Source of the DNA: Trichodelitschia bisporula
Lineage: Eukaryota
Direction of reading: 5' to 3'
NCBI GenBank assembly: GCA_010356995.1
Contig: ML996704.1
Coordinates: 620,001 to 684,000, forward strand
DNA: 64,000 nt
Under the pieces are notes generated by a model. That model was not told the origin of the DNA and ran no database searches. It worked only from the letters and a program-made list of their open reading frames with translations. Both the position numbers and the translations under genes were made by a program. Each line of letters starts with the position of its first letter. The stretch's first letter is position 1. Shown here piece by piece: positions 48,158 through 61,412 of this stretch.

Positions 48158-49190
48158 TCAACCCAGCAACCCACCGCCGCCCCCGAGCAACCCACCACCA
48201 CCACCGCCCCTCCGCTGCTGCTGCTGCTGCCCTCCCCCGAGTATACCCCCAAGCAGTCCGCCAACGCCCTGCGTCACACCGCCCACGGTGCTGCCCACAC
48301 CACCGATCACATCACCACGGCCCAGACGCTCCACTCCATCCCCGAGACCGCCCGTAACACCACCGACCAAATCCCCGGCGCCTTGCCCTACCCCGCCGAC
48401 GACGCCGCCGACCGGGCCGGGGAGCGTGGAGCCTACGCCGCCGAGGGTGCCGCTGAGGGTGTCGCCCTGGTGTCATCAGCATCAATGTCGTAGATCTCTT
48501 CGTACGGAAGACTTACAACTCCGCGCCCGGCTCCGCCAACCGTGCTGCCGAGCCCACCGGTGGTGCCGGCGAGCACGCCCTGGATATCGCCCCGCGCGAT
48601 GGCAGCGTTGGTCTCGTTAGCCGTCCGGCGCAGACCCTGCGTCGTGCCCTGCACCGTGCTATCGAGGCCGCGCGTTGCGCCGGCGGTGGTCCGCTCGACG
48701 CCGCGGGTTACGTGCTGAACTGGCCTGCCGGCCCCTGGTCACAACCATTAACCTCGATCCCACCTTACTCCAGGAATAAGGGCCACATACCTCCAGGCAA
48801 CCGTTCCGCAGTATTGCCAATCCCCCTCGTAACCCCACTCGCCGTATATTGGACTGCACCCGTCGCAGCCCCAGCCCCCCCATCCACAGTATCAAAGACC
48901 GCGTCAGGAGCCGTGCGTGTCTTGCGCGCAGGCTTGACGGCCTTCTTTTTGACTGGTTGTTGGACGACGAGGACTTCGGGTTCTTCCTCGGAGTCGTAGT
49001 CCTCGGACTCGCTTTCGGAGTATTCTTCGACGACGGGTTGGCGGACGATTTTGCGGGGTTTCTTTGCGGGGGCGGCGGCGGCTGGCGCGGCGGCTGGCGC
49101 AGCCTTGGAGCGGGATTCGAGCTTTGCCGGCTTGCGGCGGGGCACCTCGGTCGGGGCGGCTTGGGAGCGGGTTACGCGGTCGGATGGCAT
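48158..49190 (-). CDS. Gly/Thr-rich low-complexity (LEA-like) hypothetical protein, 3 exons
   Basis: ACAATG start. A basic/acidic N-terminus is followed by repeated GGVTQGVG/GSTVGG units. GT-AG introns at ~48730-48790 and ~48470-48517. Confidence 0.65.
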
Positions 49191-52100
49191 TGTTTGAAGG
49201 TAGTAGTAGCTGAAAAGCGTAGTGTAAGTGGTAAGAGTTGCTCGACAGTGGTAAAAGATGCTGTTGATAGATGCTGATGCTGAAGTGCTGAACCGGAGGC
49301 TGCCCCGTCGCTCTTTAATATACCCGCGCGGAGCAGGTTTCCAGCCCCGGCGATCATAGGGCATCGAGGGTCGTCATCTCAGCCTTACCGACGTCATCGG
49401 GCCTGGGTGCCTGAGGCTGCATATTTTAGATTTGGTTGGCTAACGGGGATCCGGGGGTGAGACCGGGCGAAGGGTGCGAGGGCATGTATTCGAGGGGTCG
49501 AAGCTTGGAAACAACCGCTGTTCAGGGAAAAGCTGAATGAGAGTTGATTCGAGATGATGTCAATTGAGATGATGTCGTTGCCCCGCATATTTGGCTTTCG
49601 GGTAAATGCTCCGCGCAAACTTGGCAGCCTTGCTAGCGGCGAGCTGGCGCAACTTTGGGTTAACGTCACGGCGATGAAGGTGCGGAGATAACTCCTTTTC
49701 GCCGCAGTCCAATCATCCCATGGGCCCAGTTCATTGTTACGGGGCGTGAAGGTTTATCCAAAGCGCTTTCGACTTCTCCACCTTCAGATGTGGACACGAT
49801 GTGATGGGAGCAATACTCATTACACAGGCAACGGCAACTGTGTGAATTGGAGATTGAAGGTAGAAGACGAAGAGAGGAATGGAGTCGGAGGCTCTCAGGA
49901 CTTAAATACATGATGCCAAGTATCCTCCTTTGCTCCTTCCTTCTATCATGCACTCATTGCACCATGACCCTTAGAACTAGTATGTACCGTACCTTCCTGA
50001 TATAGTAATTCTCCTTCTATGGTCACATCACCATGGAGATACGGCATCAGGGCAAACATGACTGCAACAGCAGACTTAATATTGGGAGGAGCAGATCACT
50101 CTTGGGAAGAGCCGAGGGTAATGATGGGAAGGAGTACACTGATGAGCTCATTGTCAATGGGAAGGAGCCGAGGAGGATATCGCCACAATCATGTTCTTAG
50201 TTCGGAGAGGCTCTTGATTACGGGTATCTTTCTAACTTCATCTTTATCAAACTCTTCACTTTACGTTGTTGCAGTGACGCGTAAGGCCTTGCTTCTATTA
50301 TCTTCTCGTCACCATTCAATCCTTCTTCCGTCACAAAGTGGCTGTCCGAGTCGATATCTTCAGTCTCAGGTTTCTGAGGGACGGACTTCGCATGCGTACC
50401 CTCCGGCCTCTCCACACAACCGAGCCTCCCGACCGATCCATCCTGCCGAAGCCGACTCTTCCGGCCCGACAACGACGGCAACCGATCTGCCGCGATCGGC
50501 GTCCAGCCCATCGCAGCCTTACGACGCTCCACCAACCCCGACCCCGGACCCAACACCCCCCCCCCGCCCCGTCCGCCTCGAGGCGCGCCGCTGAGGTTGT
50601 GGACCAACACTTCAGCCGCACACAGCGCGGATATTTCCTGATCTGAGAATTTGAAATTCCGCTTCCAGGTGGCTTGTAGACCCTCAAAGCCACGATCGAG
50701 GCACGCGGTTAGAAGCCCGTGGCTGACTAGGTGAGGTGAGTCGCCCACACGTGTACTCGATAATAGGTCTTGCGGAAGGCTGCATGGGGCGCTTCGAGGC
50801 GGTTCGATATCTCAAACTTCCACAGTTCGAACTCCCACCATCGCCAATACTAGCCGCGTCGGCGCCACCGGCACGTCAAGAGCACGCCGTCATCCAGCCA
50901 TCATCCAGCCCTCATCCAGCCTTCATTCAGCCCTCATCCGGCCCTCATCCAGCCCCATATCCACAGCAGACTCCAGCCCTCACACACGCAACTCCACCCG
51001 CACGCCCAAAGAACCCGTGCAAATCCTTCCATCAACGCTCTGACCCCTTCGGCCACCCCGAGTCTCTGCCTCTTTGCTCTTACATTCCAGAGCCAGCGTG
51101 CGTCTGGCAGTCGCGAGCCTTGCGGCCTTCTCGAACCACTCGCACTCACTGTTGTTCCATCGCCCGGCTTTCTGTGATGCCGACGCCTTACGCAGAGCTG
51201 TAGCACGCGGGTGCTTAACCCTCCGTCCCTCCTAGTGCGATTGCCGGTAGATAGCCAGCCCTATCCCTAAGATGGTGTACTCTCCAAGTCCAACCTCCAG
51301 CGCGCTACAAGCGGCCCAAGCACCACGGTCAGCCTCGTCAACTCTCATCCTCAACCAAACCTAAACGTAACACGCCGCTCCTCCCGCCACCCATATCCGC
51401 CAACCCCGATCCTCCCGTGTAACCGCTCGTCTAATCTCGCCTAACCGCGTCCAGCAAGGCAGGGTACGCGATTTGCAACGGGCGCACGCCAGCGCCAGCC
51501 GCAGCCTCTTGCGCGAGGGCGGCTTCGAACGCTCAATATTCGCCATTCCATGCCATACTCTTTGCAGCATCTCGTCAATCGGCCCAGGCACGGCCGCGCC
51601 GAAGGAGTGCGCCATCATCCATCACTGCGTCGAAGGAAGGGCGCGGCGCAAGTATCAGGCCAGGCTCACAGGGCCAGCCCATTTCTCCCCGCCCCGCACC
51701 GTTTTTGGCGCGGGGTACGTATCGCCACGCTCATCGTTGCGGCACGCCTCCCGATCCCGCTGCGGCCAAAAACCCGTCGCACGCGCATCACCACGGCTAC
51801 CAGTCACGATGGCCAGTAGCTAAACCGTTTATTACCTAGTACGCGATGGCCTTTGGCCGTGTGCACCAATGCACACGGCTGTGCTGTGTGGTGCTTCGCA
51901 CCAGGGGCCTGTGCGCAAGGGCCGTGGCGCCCCGCAAGCCCCGCGAATCGACATCGATCGGATCTATGTCTTTGCGCACGCGCCCAGGTCTTGTGGGCGG
52001 GGTTAGTGGTCGGAGGGTGTGGTTGTCGTGATACTGTGTCAGACCGGGTGGGTCGAGGGAGAGTGGGGGAAGGATGCGCGCGCGACTGGTGAGCGCGCGC

Positions 52101-53424
52101 AAGGCAAGTAAAGCACGCAATGCACGTCAGGCACAAGATGCAAGATGCAGTGCAGTGGAAGAATGGCGGAGTCGACGAGTGAATTGCGGGCTGCAGGCGC
52201 GGCTGCTGGGTGCTTGGGCGAGGCGCACGGGCAAAGATCTGGATCTGCGGTAGGGAGGGTGTGGGAGGACGCTTGCTTGCTTGCTTGCCTGCCCTACTGC
52301 TGCTGTGCGCAAGTGGTCCGAGATGGCTGGTCCACCAACGAGGGGGGCAAATATAGAAGGGCTGGCGGTAAGGAAGGGTGCAATGTTGGGTTGTGTGCGT
52401 GGGCTGGAGATGGTGTGCGGGGCTGAGTGGTGGGTGGATGGACACGACATGCCAGGGGGAGGTTTTTTTGGAGGGGGTGTGGGAATGGAGGATTTCCCAT
52501 GGTTACACTGGCTTCGTGCATTGTGCATTGCGAGAGGGGAGATGGTGGTGAGGGAGTGGTTGTACGATGTTCGAATGTGAAGGAGATGAGACGAGGAAAC
52601 AAGGGAAAAAGAAGAAAGGGTTGAAGTGACGTGGGATGAGAGATTAGGATAGCATTCGGGGAGATACCAGAGAATGGGTAAGCGAGTCCGGCGACGCATA
52701 CTCCGAGAGTAAAGATCCCGATAGCAATGAAGCCGAGCAGGACCCTGAGATGACCAGGTGCGCATGGGATCAAAGGCAGGGCAAGTTCAGCGAAGGAGCA
52801 AATGCCGCATCGGGCGCGGTTATGCCGCCAATTACACCCCCAGCCGCGCGGAACAAGACGCTGGGACAGCCGCAGCATGATGGCGCTAGAGCTGAACAGG
52901 GTTTAGTGCTGATAGCATTTTCCCAAAATGGAACGAAGAAGGAGCAAACCATCCCTGCAAATCACTGCTCTCCAGAACAGCGGGATTCGCTCTCTCTCCT
53001 CGCTCGGCCTTCAAGTCTCGTCCTCTTTGCTCAAACTCACCTCTTGTTCCTTTCTGGTCTCCTCGCTCCTCTCTTCTCAACCTCTCACTTCCGAAAGCTC
53101 AATGCCCTAAGAGTGACGAAGCCAACACCTTTCCTATCATCCCTTCCAATACATCTTGCGCCTGCTTCACTCCCCGTTCCCCCACACCCCTCCCCCCATA
53201 CCGCCCCCCCTCCACCCCCAAAATCCCGCCGTTGGAGCTTATTTAGCCTCGCGCCCTCCCCATCCTACCCCAGAGCCACGCTACCATTCGTGAAGTTTGG
53301 CTTCCTTCCCTTCTGGATCACTCGCCTCTCATCCTCAAAAAGTGGGGCTCCCCGCCTGGACTCCTAACCCACCGTCCCGTCCCTATACCGCCTGTCGTCT
53401 TGGACTCAATCGCGATCTGCCAAC

Positions 53425-55423
53425 ATGCAGCAGCTCGAATTCGTCAACATATCCGGGCCAGAGCCATGGAAGAACAAGGACGCGAAGAAGTTTGTTCGGT
53501 CCCATGCCATGCGCGACTTCCGCCGCCGTCAGCGCGAGGGTGTGACCAAAGTGAAGAAGCCGCGTACGTCTGGTTCACTTCTCCCCGTATATGTATTGAA
53601 GACAGCGGGGCTAATTCCCCAGAAGGCGGTGTCCTGCAAGCTGGTAGTAGCTCCTCCGCTACTCCTCACGCCGGCAATGCTGTCGTTCCTCGTGCCAAGG
53701 CGCGGGCCATCGAAGCCCAGCTCGAAGAGGATGCGAAGAATGCGGCACTCCAGGTCGCTATCAGCACAACCGCATCGCACGAGGACATGGTGCGCAATCC
53801 GAGCCCCATCCTGGCCGAGCCTCACATTGCCGAGTGGGCGACAAGCTGGTCCTCGTTCGACACAAAGCGTGCCCCGTCCCTCAGTCCCTCGCTATCAAGC
53901 GGCAGTGATGGGCTCGATGGCTCAATTTGGAGCATACCCGCAAACGACAGCCTCCGCTCCGGCAGTCTGACACCACCTTCACTGCAAAGCTCAGGCTCGC
54001 GCTCGAGCATCGGCTCGCTACAGGCCCGGACACCACCGTCACTACAGGCTGACCTCGATGTGCATATCTCAACTGTCGTATACTCTGTTCTCGACTCGCT
54101 CCGGGGCAAGCTCGACGTTATTGTGGACACCTACTTTCGCACAACCCACACCTGGCTCTCCATCATGCACAAGCCGACTTTCTACCGGCGACTTCAGAGC
54201 AAGACTAGGTCAGATGCGAGCTTCAGCGTGTTGCTGCTCTGCATGCATCTTGTGGCCGAGCCGCTCACTCACATCGGCAAGGACACGGAGTCAACCACCA
54301 ACCTCTACCATTCCGCCAAGAGTCTGCACTCCGTTGTCCTAACCAGCAAGGGTCCGTCGCTGGATCTCGTGCAGGCCGGCATCCTGATTGCTCTGTGCGA
54401 ACACTACCAAGCTGTTGCCAACGCCCCACGTGACACCCTCGAGAACTGCAAGCAGATCGCCTCGCATATTGGTTTGGACGCCACAGTGTTGCTGGGGGAT
54501 CTTACAAATAATGAGTCGTCGACATCGGAGGAGTGGAAGCGGACCTATTGGGGACTGGTTGCGATGGATCGGTATGTTAGGCCACCCAATGCTTTCGCTG
54601 TCAACTAACATTTTCTTAGCATCGTCGCCATGAAGGACGAGAACCGCAAGCTGCCGTTGCTGTTGCCTAGGCCGCCTGTCGATGCTGTGCTCCCATCGTC
54701 TTACGATGCTGTCTGGCTATCCTCGGCCGACGGTAACCCTGCCCCCGGCTGGTCGCAACCCGTGGCCAGCACCCTGCCCGTTGACGCCAGCAGCTTTGCG
54801 CGTCAGGCACAGGTCTTGTGTGTCTTTGGGGACATCATCAAGCTAACTGCCTGCGACTTCGGCTCTAATCCCGACTTGTATCTGCAAGAGGTGCTGCGAC
54901 TCGACTGCGAGATTCAAAAGCTCCTCACGAAGTTGTTGACAGACTGCAAGGGAAGCTACACACAGTACTGCTGTCCCATCTCCATGTCAATGTGCGGCAT
55001 CTTCTTCCTGCACTGCTTCCAACTCGATGCAACAGCGGCTGGCAACGGCAAACCCTTCCAGGACGCCGCTGCACGCTCAAGGCTCGCCATCGACAAGATG
55101 GTGCAAATCACCGTCGACATCCTGCATGTCTTCCCATTCGAGTTTATTCCGGAGCTGTCGCCGCCGGCCTTCCACTGCACATACCTGGCACTGGTGATGT
55201 TCCTCAAGCTCGAGCAGCTCTACCCCGGCGAGCCGAGTTCGATTTCGCAGCGTGACTTTGATATGGTGCTCAAAGCAATGACGGAGTTTTCAACGGCATG
55301 GGGAGTCGCAGGTCAGTTTTCCGTTAACCGTTTTGCTTATGCGACCCTGACACAGCAGTAGGCCAGTACGTCGACACCATCAAGCAGACGCAAGAGAGCC
55401 AGCACCGCCCCGCTGCTCAGTAG
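53425..55423 (+). CDS. Fungal-specific transcription factor (Fungal_trans/MHR domain), no Zn2Cys6 cluster seen
   Basis: N-terminal FVNIS...FVRSHAMRDFRRRQR. MHR-like YFRTTHTWLSIMHKPTF, LVQAGILIALCE and EEWKRTYWGLVAMDR. Introns ~53564-53622, ~54572-54619 and ~55312-55361. Confidence 0.8.
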
Positions 55424-56675
55424 CCGGCCAGGTCCTATTGGCCAATAGCTCCGGCTCGGCGCGGCACACAATGTTGCGCGTTCAACATAAGTTGCCAACT
55501 GCTGTGCAATTGCCCAGCGGTGGTAACCTAACTTTATTTTTGGATGGATTGATACGTGAAGCAAATGAATTTTTGATTCAATGGCGAACAAGGACGGGAA
55601 AGGCAATGGGAAGGGAAAGGTAACATGAGCGTTAATTGTGGCATTGAGTGCAGGCTAGCGGGGTTGTTCATCGCGAGCCGGTGTGATTGGCGGCTCCTGG
55701 GACCCCGCGGAGTCGAGACAGGCGTTTTTTTTTTCCTTTTGACTTTGGAGATGTTCTCTGAAGCTATCACGACGACGACATCGGACATCTGCTTCCCTGT
55801 AGATCTTTTTTGGGCCATTTTCGGTCTGGTCCCCTCTTTCTTGTATTGAGAATATCTCGGATAGGTCCGTTTGCGCAAAAAAGCAGTGAGCATTATACGC
55901 ATTCGTCCAGGTGGCTTTCGTGCTTGCAAGCTGGTCCTGCTGCGGGCTTTGGGGCTTGCATTGAGAGGCAGGCGGCACAGCCGGCGCGGGGTAAAGGCGA
56001 TTCACGCGCATCATAGTCTATTCCCCCTCCATTCCGCTCTCCCCACCCTCGAATTGCGCCTTTTCCTCCCTTGGCACCTTCCCCTCCATCAACACCCCCC
56101 CCATCTTCCCTCAAACCCCCACCCCCAACCTTCTTCCCAGCTTGCCAGCTTCCCTCTCAAGTCTCACACAAACTCTCCAACCTTGTTCCTCTGCCACTGT
56201 AGCTCCTTCCCATGCAGGGGTCGTGATACATGAGTCTACATCATTCAACCCGACCCGTGCCGTCTTAGCGCGAGAATGAGGGGCAGGAGGGGATGGTGAT
56301 AGGCTGATGGGTTGATTGCCCTGGCCGATTGTGCGTCAAGAGGTGTTGAGACGGGTTGCCCCTCACTTTCTGCGCGCTGACGCTTTCCGGTGGAGTAGTT
56401 GGAGGAGCGGGGGCAGGTTTGGGTGGCTCTTTCTTTCCACCCCCCCTCACACAGCCCCTCCCTTCCAGGCACCAAGGCCGCAGAAACAAGGCCGAAAAAG
56501 CCCCTCCTTTTCCTTGCCCCGCCATCCTCTTGAGCTCAGCTTTTGTTCTCCCCCTCCTTCTTCTCCCCCCCTTCCACTTTTCACCTTCACCTTCACCTTC
56601 ACCTTCGCCCTCACTCTCACAACCCCCAACCATCTGTCTTTCAATCTTCACCCGCCACTAGCAAACTTGATCAAG

Positions 56676-57436
56676 ATGTCGTCACAGGTTTACTTCGACG
56701 TCTCCTGGGAGGGCCCTGAGCTCGTGAACGGGGAGCCCAAGGGGCCGGTCAAGCGTACGTCAGGACACGTTTTTGCTCACACGTTACCCTTCGGCAATTG
56801 CTAACGTTGGAAACAGAGCAGCAGGGCCGGATTGAGTTCAACCTCTACGACAACGTTGTCCCCAAGACGACGAGGAACTTCCGCGAGTTGTGCACTGGCA
56901 AGAATGGGTTCGGGTACAAGGGCTCCAAGTTCCATCGTATCATCCCGGAATTCATGCTCCAGGGTGGTGATTTCGACCGTGGCAATGTAAGCTGTTTTTT
57001 GCTTGTTTGGTTTGGATAGCTGCTAATATACTAAGGGCACTGGCGGCAAGTCTATCTACGGCCACAAGTTCGAGGATGAGAACTTCAAGGAGCGCCACAC
57101 CAAGCCTGGTCTCCTGTCCATGGCGAACGCTGGCCCCAACACGTAAGTTCTTCTGGCAAGAACCTGGGAACGGGTAGAGGCTAATGGGAATTGCAGCAAC
57201 GGCTCGCAGTTCTTCATCACCACGGTTAAGACATCGTGGTTGGACGGCAAGCACGTCGTGTTCGGCGAGGTCGCTAACGAGGAGTCCATGGTACGTCACT
57301 TCCCCACTTGTTATCAAATCAATCATGACTAACACACCCGCAGAACATCGTTCGCGCTCTCGAAGTCACTGGCAGCAGCTCCGGCAAGATCAAGTACGGG
57401 AAGCCGGCTACTATTGACAACTGCGGTGAGTGTTAA
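56676..57436 (+). CDS. CPR1: Cyclophilin A-type peptidyl-prolyl isomerase, 5 exons
   Basis: [62 protein letters not shown] and [10 protein letters not shown]. Confidence 0.95.
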
Positions 57437-58339
57437 GCGGGTTTTATGGCCTCGACGGCGGGCTGCATGGATCGGATGGGGGGGGGCGACATGCTTTCTT
57501 GTGTTCTGAAGTGTAGCTAGCTGCTGGAGTGCCTGTTTCGTATGCTGGTTATTGGCTCTCATTGGTCTGGCTTTGCGTGGACTGGTGGAGTTGATGCTGG
57601 CTTGCGATGCGGGGAATTCAATAAAAGTCGTGCGTTGAAGCTCGAAATTATGTGGTTCTCGTACTCTGACTGTGTGATGCGTTGCATGCTCTGATTGCTC
57701 TACGGTCTGGCCAATGCTCATCCGCTATGCACATAGGGGTTCAGATTGATCTTGAGACGTGTATTTTGCCCACCATCGAACTTCCTCACCGCCCGAAGGG
57801 GGGGGCAGTATAGGCATGGCCGAAGGATGTATTGACTCGCGCCGAATGCGGAATCGATACTGTCCACGATTGCGCATGGAAGGCGCGGGCTCTACATAGT
57901 CTAAGGCAGTGGAACATAGGATTGCGAATTGCATCTTGATTCTAGAATAACAGCTCAATTCTAGAACGGAAGTTTTATGTGCGCTTTCTCTGTGCAGTGC
58001 GCGTCATGTCATGCGGGGAATATTTTTGGGAGGATTGAGTTGGGGGATGTGGGTTCTCTTGCTCTGCTTCGAGAATGACTGAGGGCATTATTTTGCAGAT
58101 GCGAGATAGTGTGGGCTTTGGGAGCATTGTGCGGATTGGGATGGAAGTTCTGGAGGGAGGGGGGGCGGGAAGAGGGTGAGGCTGTGCGGGGTTTTGGTGG
58201 GGTGAGATGGGTGGGATGAGATGGTGGGGGGGGTATGTGCCAAGCTTGCAGGGCTATTTTTGGAGCGGGGCTGGTTTGCTGGTTGTGACGACGTTTGTGC
58301 ATTGTTAGGTGGAGATGCAGTGAGGGATTGATTGTTTAT

Positions 58340-58363
58340 GGGTTGTGGGTTGTGGGTTGTGGG
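58340..58363 (+). repeat. (GGGTTGT)n heptamer run, G-quadruplex-compatible
   Basis: GGGTTGTGGGTTGTGGGTTGTGGG. Confidence 0.7.
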
Positions 58364-58730
58364 TGTTTGGTGTATTGGTGCAATCCGTAATGATGTTGGG
58401 CGCAGAGGGTGAGATATTCTGTTTGAGGATGGGTTTGGATGGTTGTGATGGTGGCGGGTGGGGAGGTCAAGGACAACCGGTTTGCGTCATCCCTTGAGCA
58501 ACTTTCAATGATGCTAATGGCGACAGGAAGGCTCTTGAGCAGAGCGAGAACCGGAAGACACGAATCTGGTCGAAAAAGTGGCCCCGGGATACGGCTTTCT
58601 CATCTCCCAGCCCGGCTCGGACAGGCCCTTCGGCATCGCCCACCGGGCCGAGGACGAATAAGGCCCGACATCACCAACGCATATCAACAATACCAACCTC
58701 CATTACAACCACTTGCCAGGCCCCCCAATA

Positions 58731-60502
58731 TCAACACACATACCGAAACCTCGGATTCTCCCGATCCGTCAAATCCTCAAACGCACTCCCATCCTCATCC
58801 TCATCCTCCAACTCTTCTTTCTCGCTCCTCCGCGCCCCCGTCCCCGGCGGCAAGCCCTGCGCGGCATCCTTGCGCTCGTTTTCCCGATTCAGGTACCAGC
58901 GCAGGAAGGCGATGTCGAGCAGGAGGAGCGCGTAGCATCCCATGTGCGTGGCGAAGGCGATGAAGTACCGCGGTTTGTCCCGATCGAGGAAGACCTGGGG
59001 GCCTGGATACCAACCGTTAGCATCATACGTCGCCCCTCCTTCCTCCCCCGCGCCGCCATCGACCAGTATGAGGAATGGTCAAGACCTACCAATAGCATTC
59101 CCCACCGCCCACCAAACAAAATTCATCGCAACCGCCACACTCCTCTTCGTCACACCCCCCACATTCCTGCCAACCATACTCATCCCCAGCGTCTGCGCGG
59201 CCCAGAAACTAAGCACGGCATAGTACGCCACCAACAAGCCTGCCTTCGTCCCCAGGCCTGTATTCCGCACACTCATCAATACCACCGTCCCCGCGATGCT
59301 GGGCGTCACGTATGCGGCCATGACCAGCAACGTCTGGTTGGTTTTCCGTGCCAGTGCCGTGGCGCTGAGCAGCACGCCAATGATCACGGCGCCGAGAACC
59401 ATGGCCAGGAGCTGCGTTTGCAGGGTCGTGAAGTGCAGGCTCGAGATTATGATGTTGGCGAAGGCCCCGAGGCCGGATGTTGGCAGCGTGGTGCAGAGTT
59501 GGATGAGCCCGTAGGCCCAGGTTTGCGGGTCGCGGAGCGCTTCGAGGGCTTGCTCTTTCTTCCACACGCGGTTCTGGACACCGGTGCGGTTGCCACGGAC
59601 ACGCGCGAGTAGCGCCGCCTTGTCCGCTTCGCTGAAACACCGCGCGCGCATCGGACTGTCCGGCAACCACGCCAGGACGAACACACCCCAAAGCACGCTG
59701 AACCCGCCGTAGGTTATGAACATCGCCTGCCAGCTCCTCAGCGGCGCAGTCCGGGGCGTCAGCGCAAACGAATACGCAAGCAACCCGCCCACGATTTGTT
59801 GCATGCCGTTCATCATGTACCAGTACGTCACCGCGCTCGCCTGCTCGCTCCGCTTGTACCACATGCTGCTGAGAAGGAGGAAGGCGGGTTGACAGACGGC
59901 TTCGAAGGTGCCGAGGAGGGTGCGGAGTGTGAGGAGCACGGCGAAGGAACGCGCGGAGGCGTGCAGGGCGAGGACGGTGCCCCAGAGGATTATGCTGATG
60001 CCGAGGTACTTGGCGATGGGCAGTTTGGTGAGCGCGTAGTTGGTGGGGTATTCGACGACTAGCACGGCGAGGTAGATGCAGGTTGTGAGCCAGGGGTACT
60101 GCAGGCGGCGCGGTCAGCCTTGTGCGGCAAGGGGGGGGTGGGGGTGGGGAGGCAACGGACGCGTTGGTCGTGGTTTAGGTCTAGGTCGTTGCGGATCTCG
60201 AGCGAGGCGAAGCTCATGCTGCCCTTGTCGAGCGCTTGCAGGAAGTAGGTGAATACCATGACGCTGAGGACGCGCTTGTCGACCATGCGCTTCAGTCTGG
60301 CGTTTTCCGCCGGACCGATGGGCGTGTGGGCTGCGGTGGCATATTTCGCAACCTCAGGGTCGAGACGGTCGCTGGGGGAAGGTTTGGAGAATGTGGGTAT
60401 TGGGGTGAGGAGGTTGATGGACGGAGCTGTCGCTACAGCTGTGGTGCTGGGAGGTGGCCCGTCGTGGGTGAGGCGTGAGGCGAGATCTGGAGGGGCTGCC
60501 AT
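58731..60502 (-). CDS. MFS transporter, allantoate permease (Dal5/ACS) family, 3 exons
   Basis: YFLQALDKG, VEYPTN, RTLLGTFEA, MWYKRSEQ, WLPDSP..AR.F, NVGGVTKR and FEDLTDRENPRFRY. Confidence 0.9.
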
Positions 60503-61172
60503 TTCTCACGCAACGACCCTCGATCTCACTCCGCACTCTCGGTCTCGCGATGCGAAGCGGCATCGTGGTCTCTAGTGTCTGCGAGAAGTCTGCGCGCACG
60601 GAGCACATCCATAGAGCGGCGCAATATGGCACTTGAGCAGGCAAGATTCGCCGCCACTCGCGGCCTGCGGTCCCTCCCGCGATGTGCGCCGGACGCGGTG
60701 GAGATCCAGCTTGGCCCAATGTATATGCGCCGGATGATTGGTGCGTATGGTCGTGTGTCGGATTGAGGCTGATGGAAACAGGGCTTTGACACGTGCGGTG
60801 GCATCAGTGTAAAGTGAAGAGTTGAGATTGAAGATGGAGATGAAGATGGAGATGAAGATGAAGAAAGAAAGAGAGTCAAGAGGCTCTTAAGACTAAATAC
60901 AACATGTGGCGATATCATCCTCAGCTCTCTCTCTTCTTCAGTGGGCACGCCACCGCGCTCTTTCCCATCCTCAATGAGCATGTCACCATGTTCCTTCCCA
61001 TCACTGGCAGCGTATCGCCATTGTTACTTCCCAAGAGCTGATGTAGTTATGGAAGTGTATTGATATGTCAGGAAGGCGCATACTAAGGGTCATGATGCAA
61101 TTAGCGCATGATAGAAGGAAGGAGCAAAGGTAGATACTTGGCGTCGTGTATTTAAGTCTTGAGAGTCTCTGG

Positions 61173-61231
61173 CTCTCCGACTCTCCGACTCTCCGACTCT
61201 CTGACTCTCTGACTCTCTGACTCTCTGACTC
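61173..61231. repeat. Octamer microsatellite (CTCTCCGA)3(CTCTCTGA)4 in divergent promoter
   Basis: Read directly from the sequence. Confidence 0.9.
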
Positions 61232-61412
61232 CTTTTGTGTTCTACTTCAATCTTCGATTTATCACCGCCAAGCGGGAGCGCGAGGCTGGGGGTAGCGTGG
61301 ATGGGTGACAGGTATATTAGGGCGGAGCTCATACCTCGTGCGGGGTGGAGGCCTCCGCCCTTGACGTCTGATACGTGGTAGACTTCACAGCGACCACGAG
61401 TACGACACAGCA

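Noticed and set aside
50218..50748. 176-aa minus-strand ORF with possible splice signals
   Set aside because: Non-ATG start and no recognisable domain; I could not build a gene model.
51361..51618. Minus-strand RKRLRLALACARCKSR resembling half a Zn2Cys6 cluster
   Set aside because: I found no downstream exon supplying the remaining cysteines, and the best acceptor leads to a stop.
57940..57970. Two TTCTAGAA heat-shock-element-like motifs
   Set aside because: They lie between convergent 3' ends rather than in a promoter, and are short enough to arise by chance.
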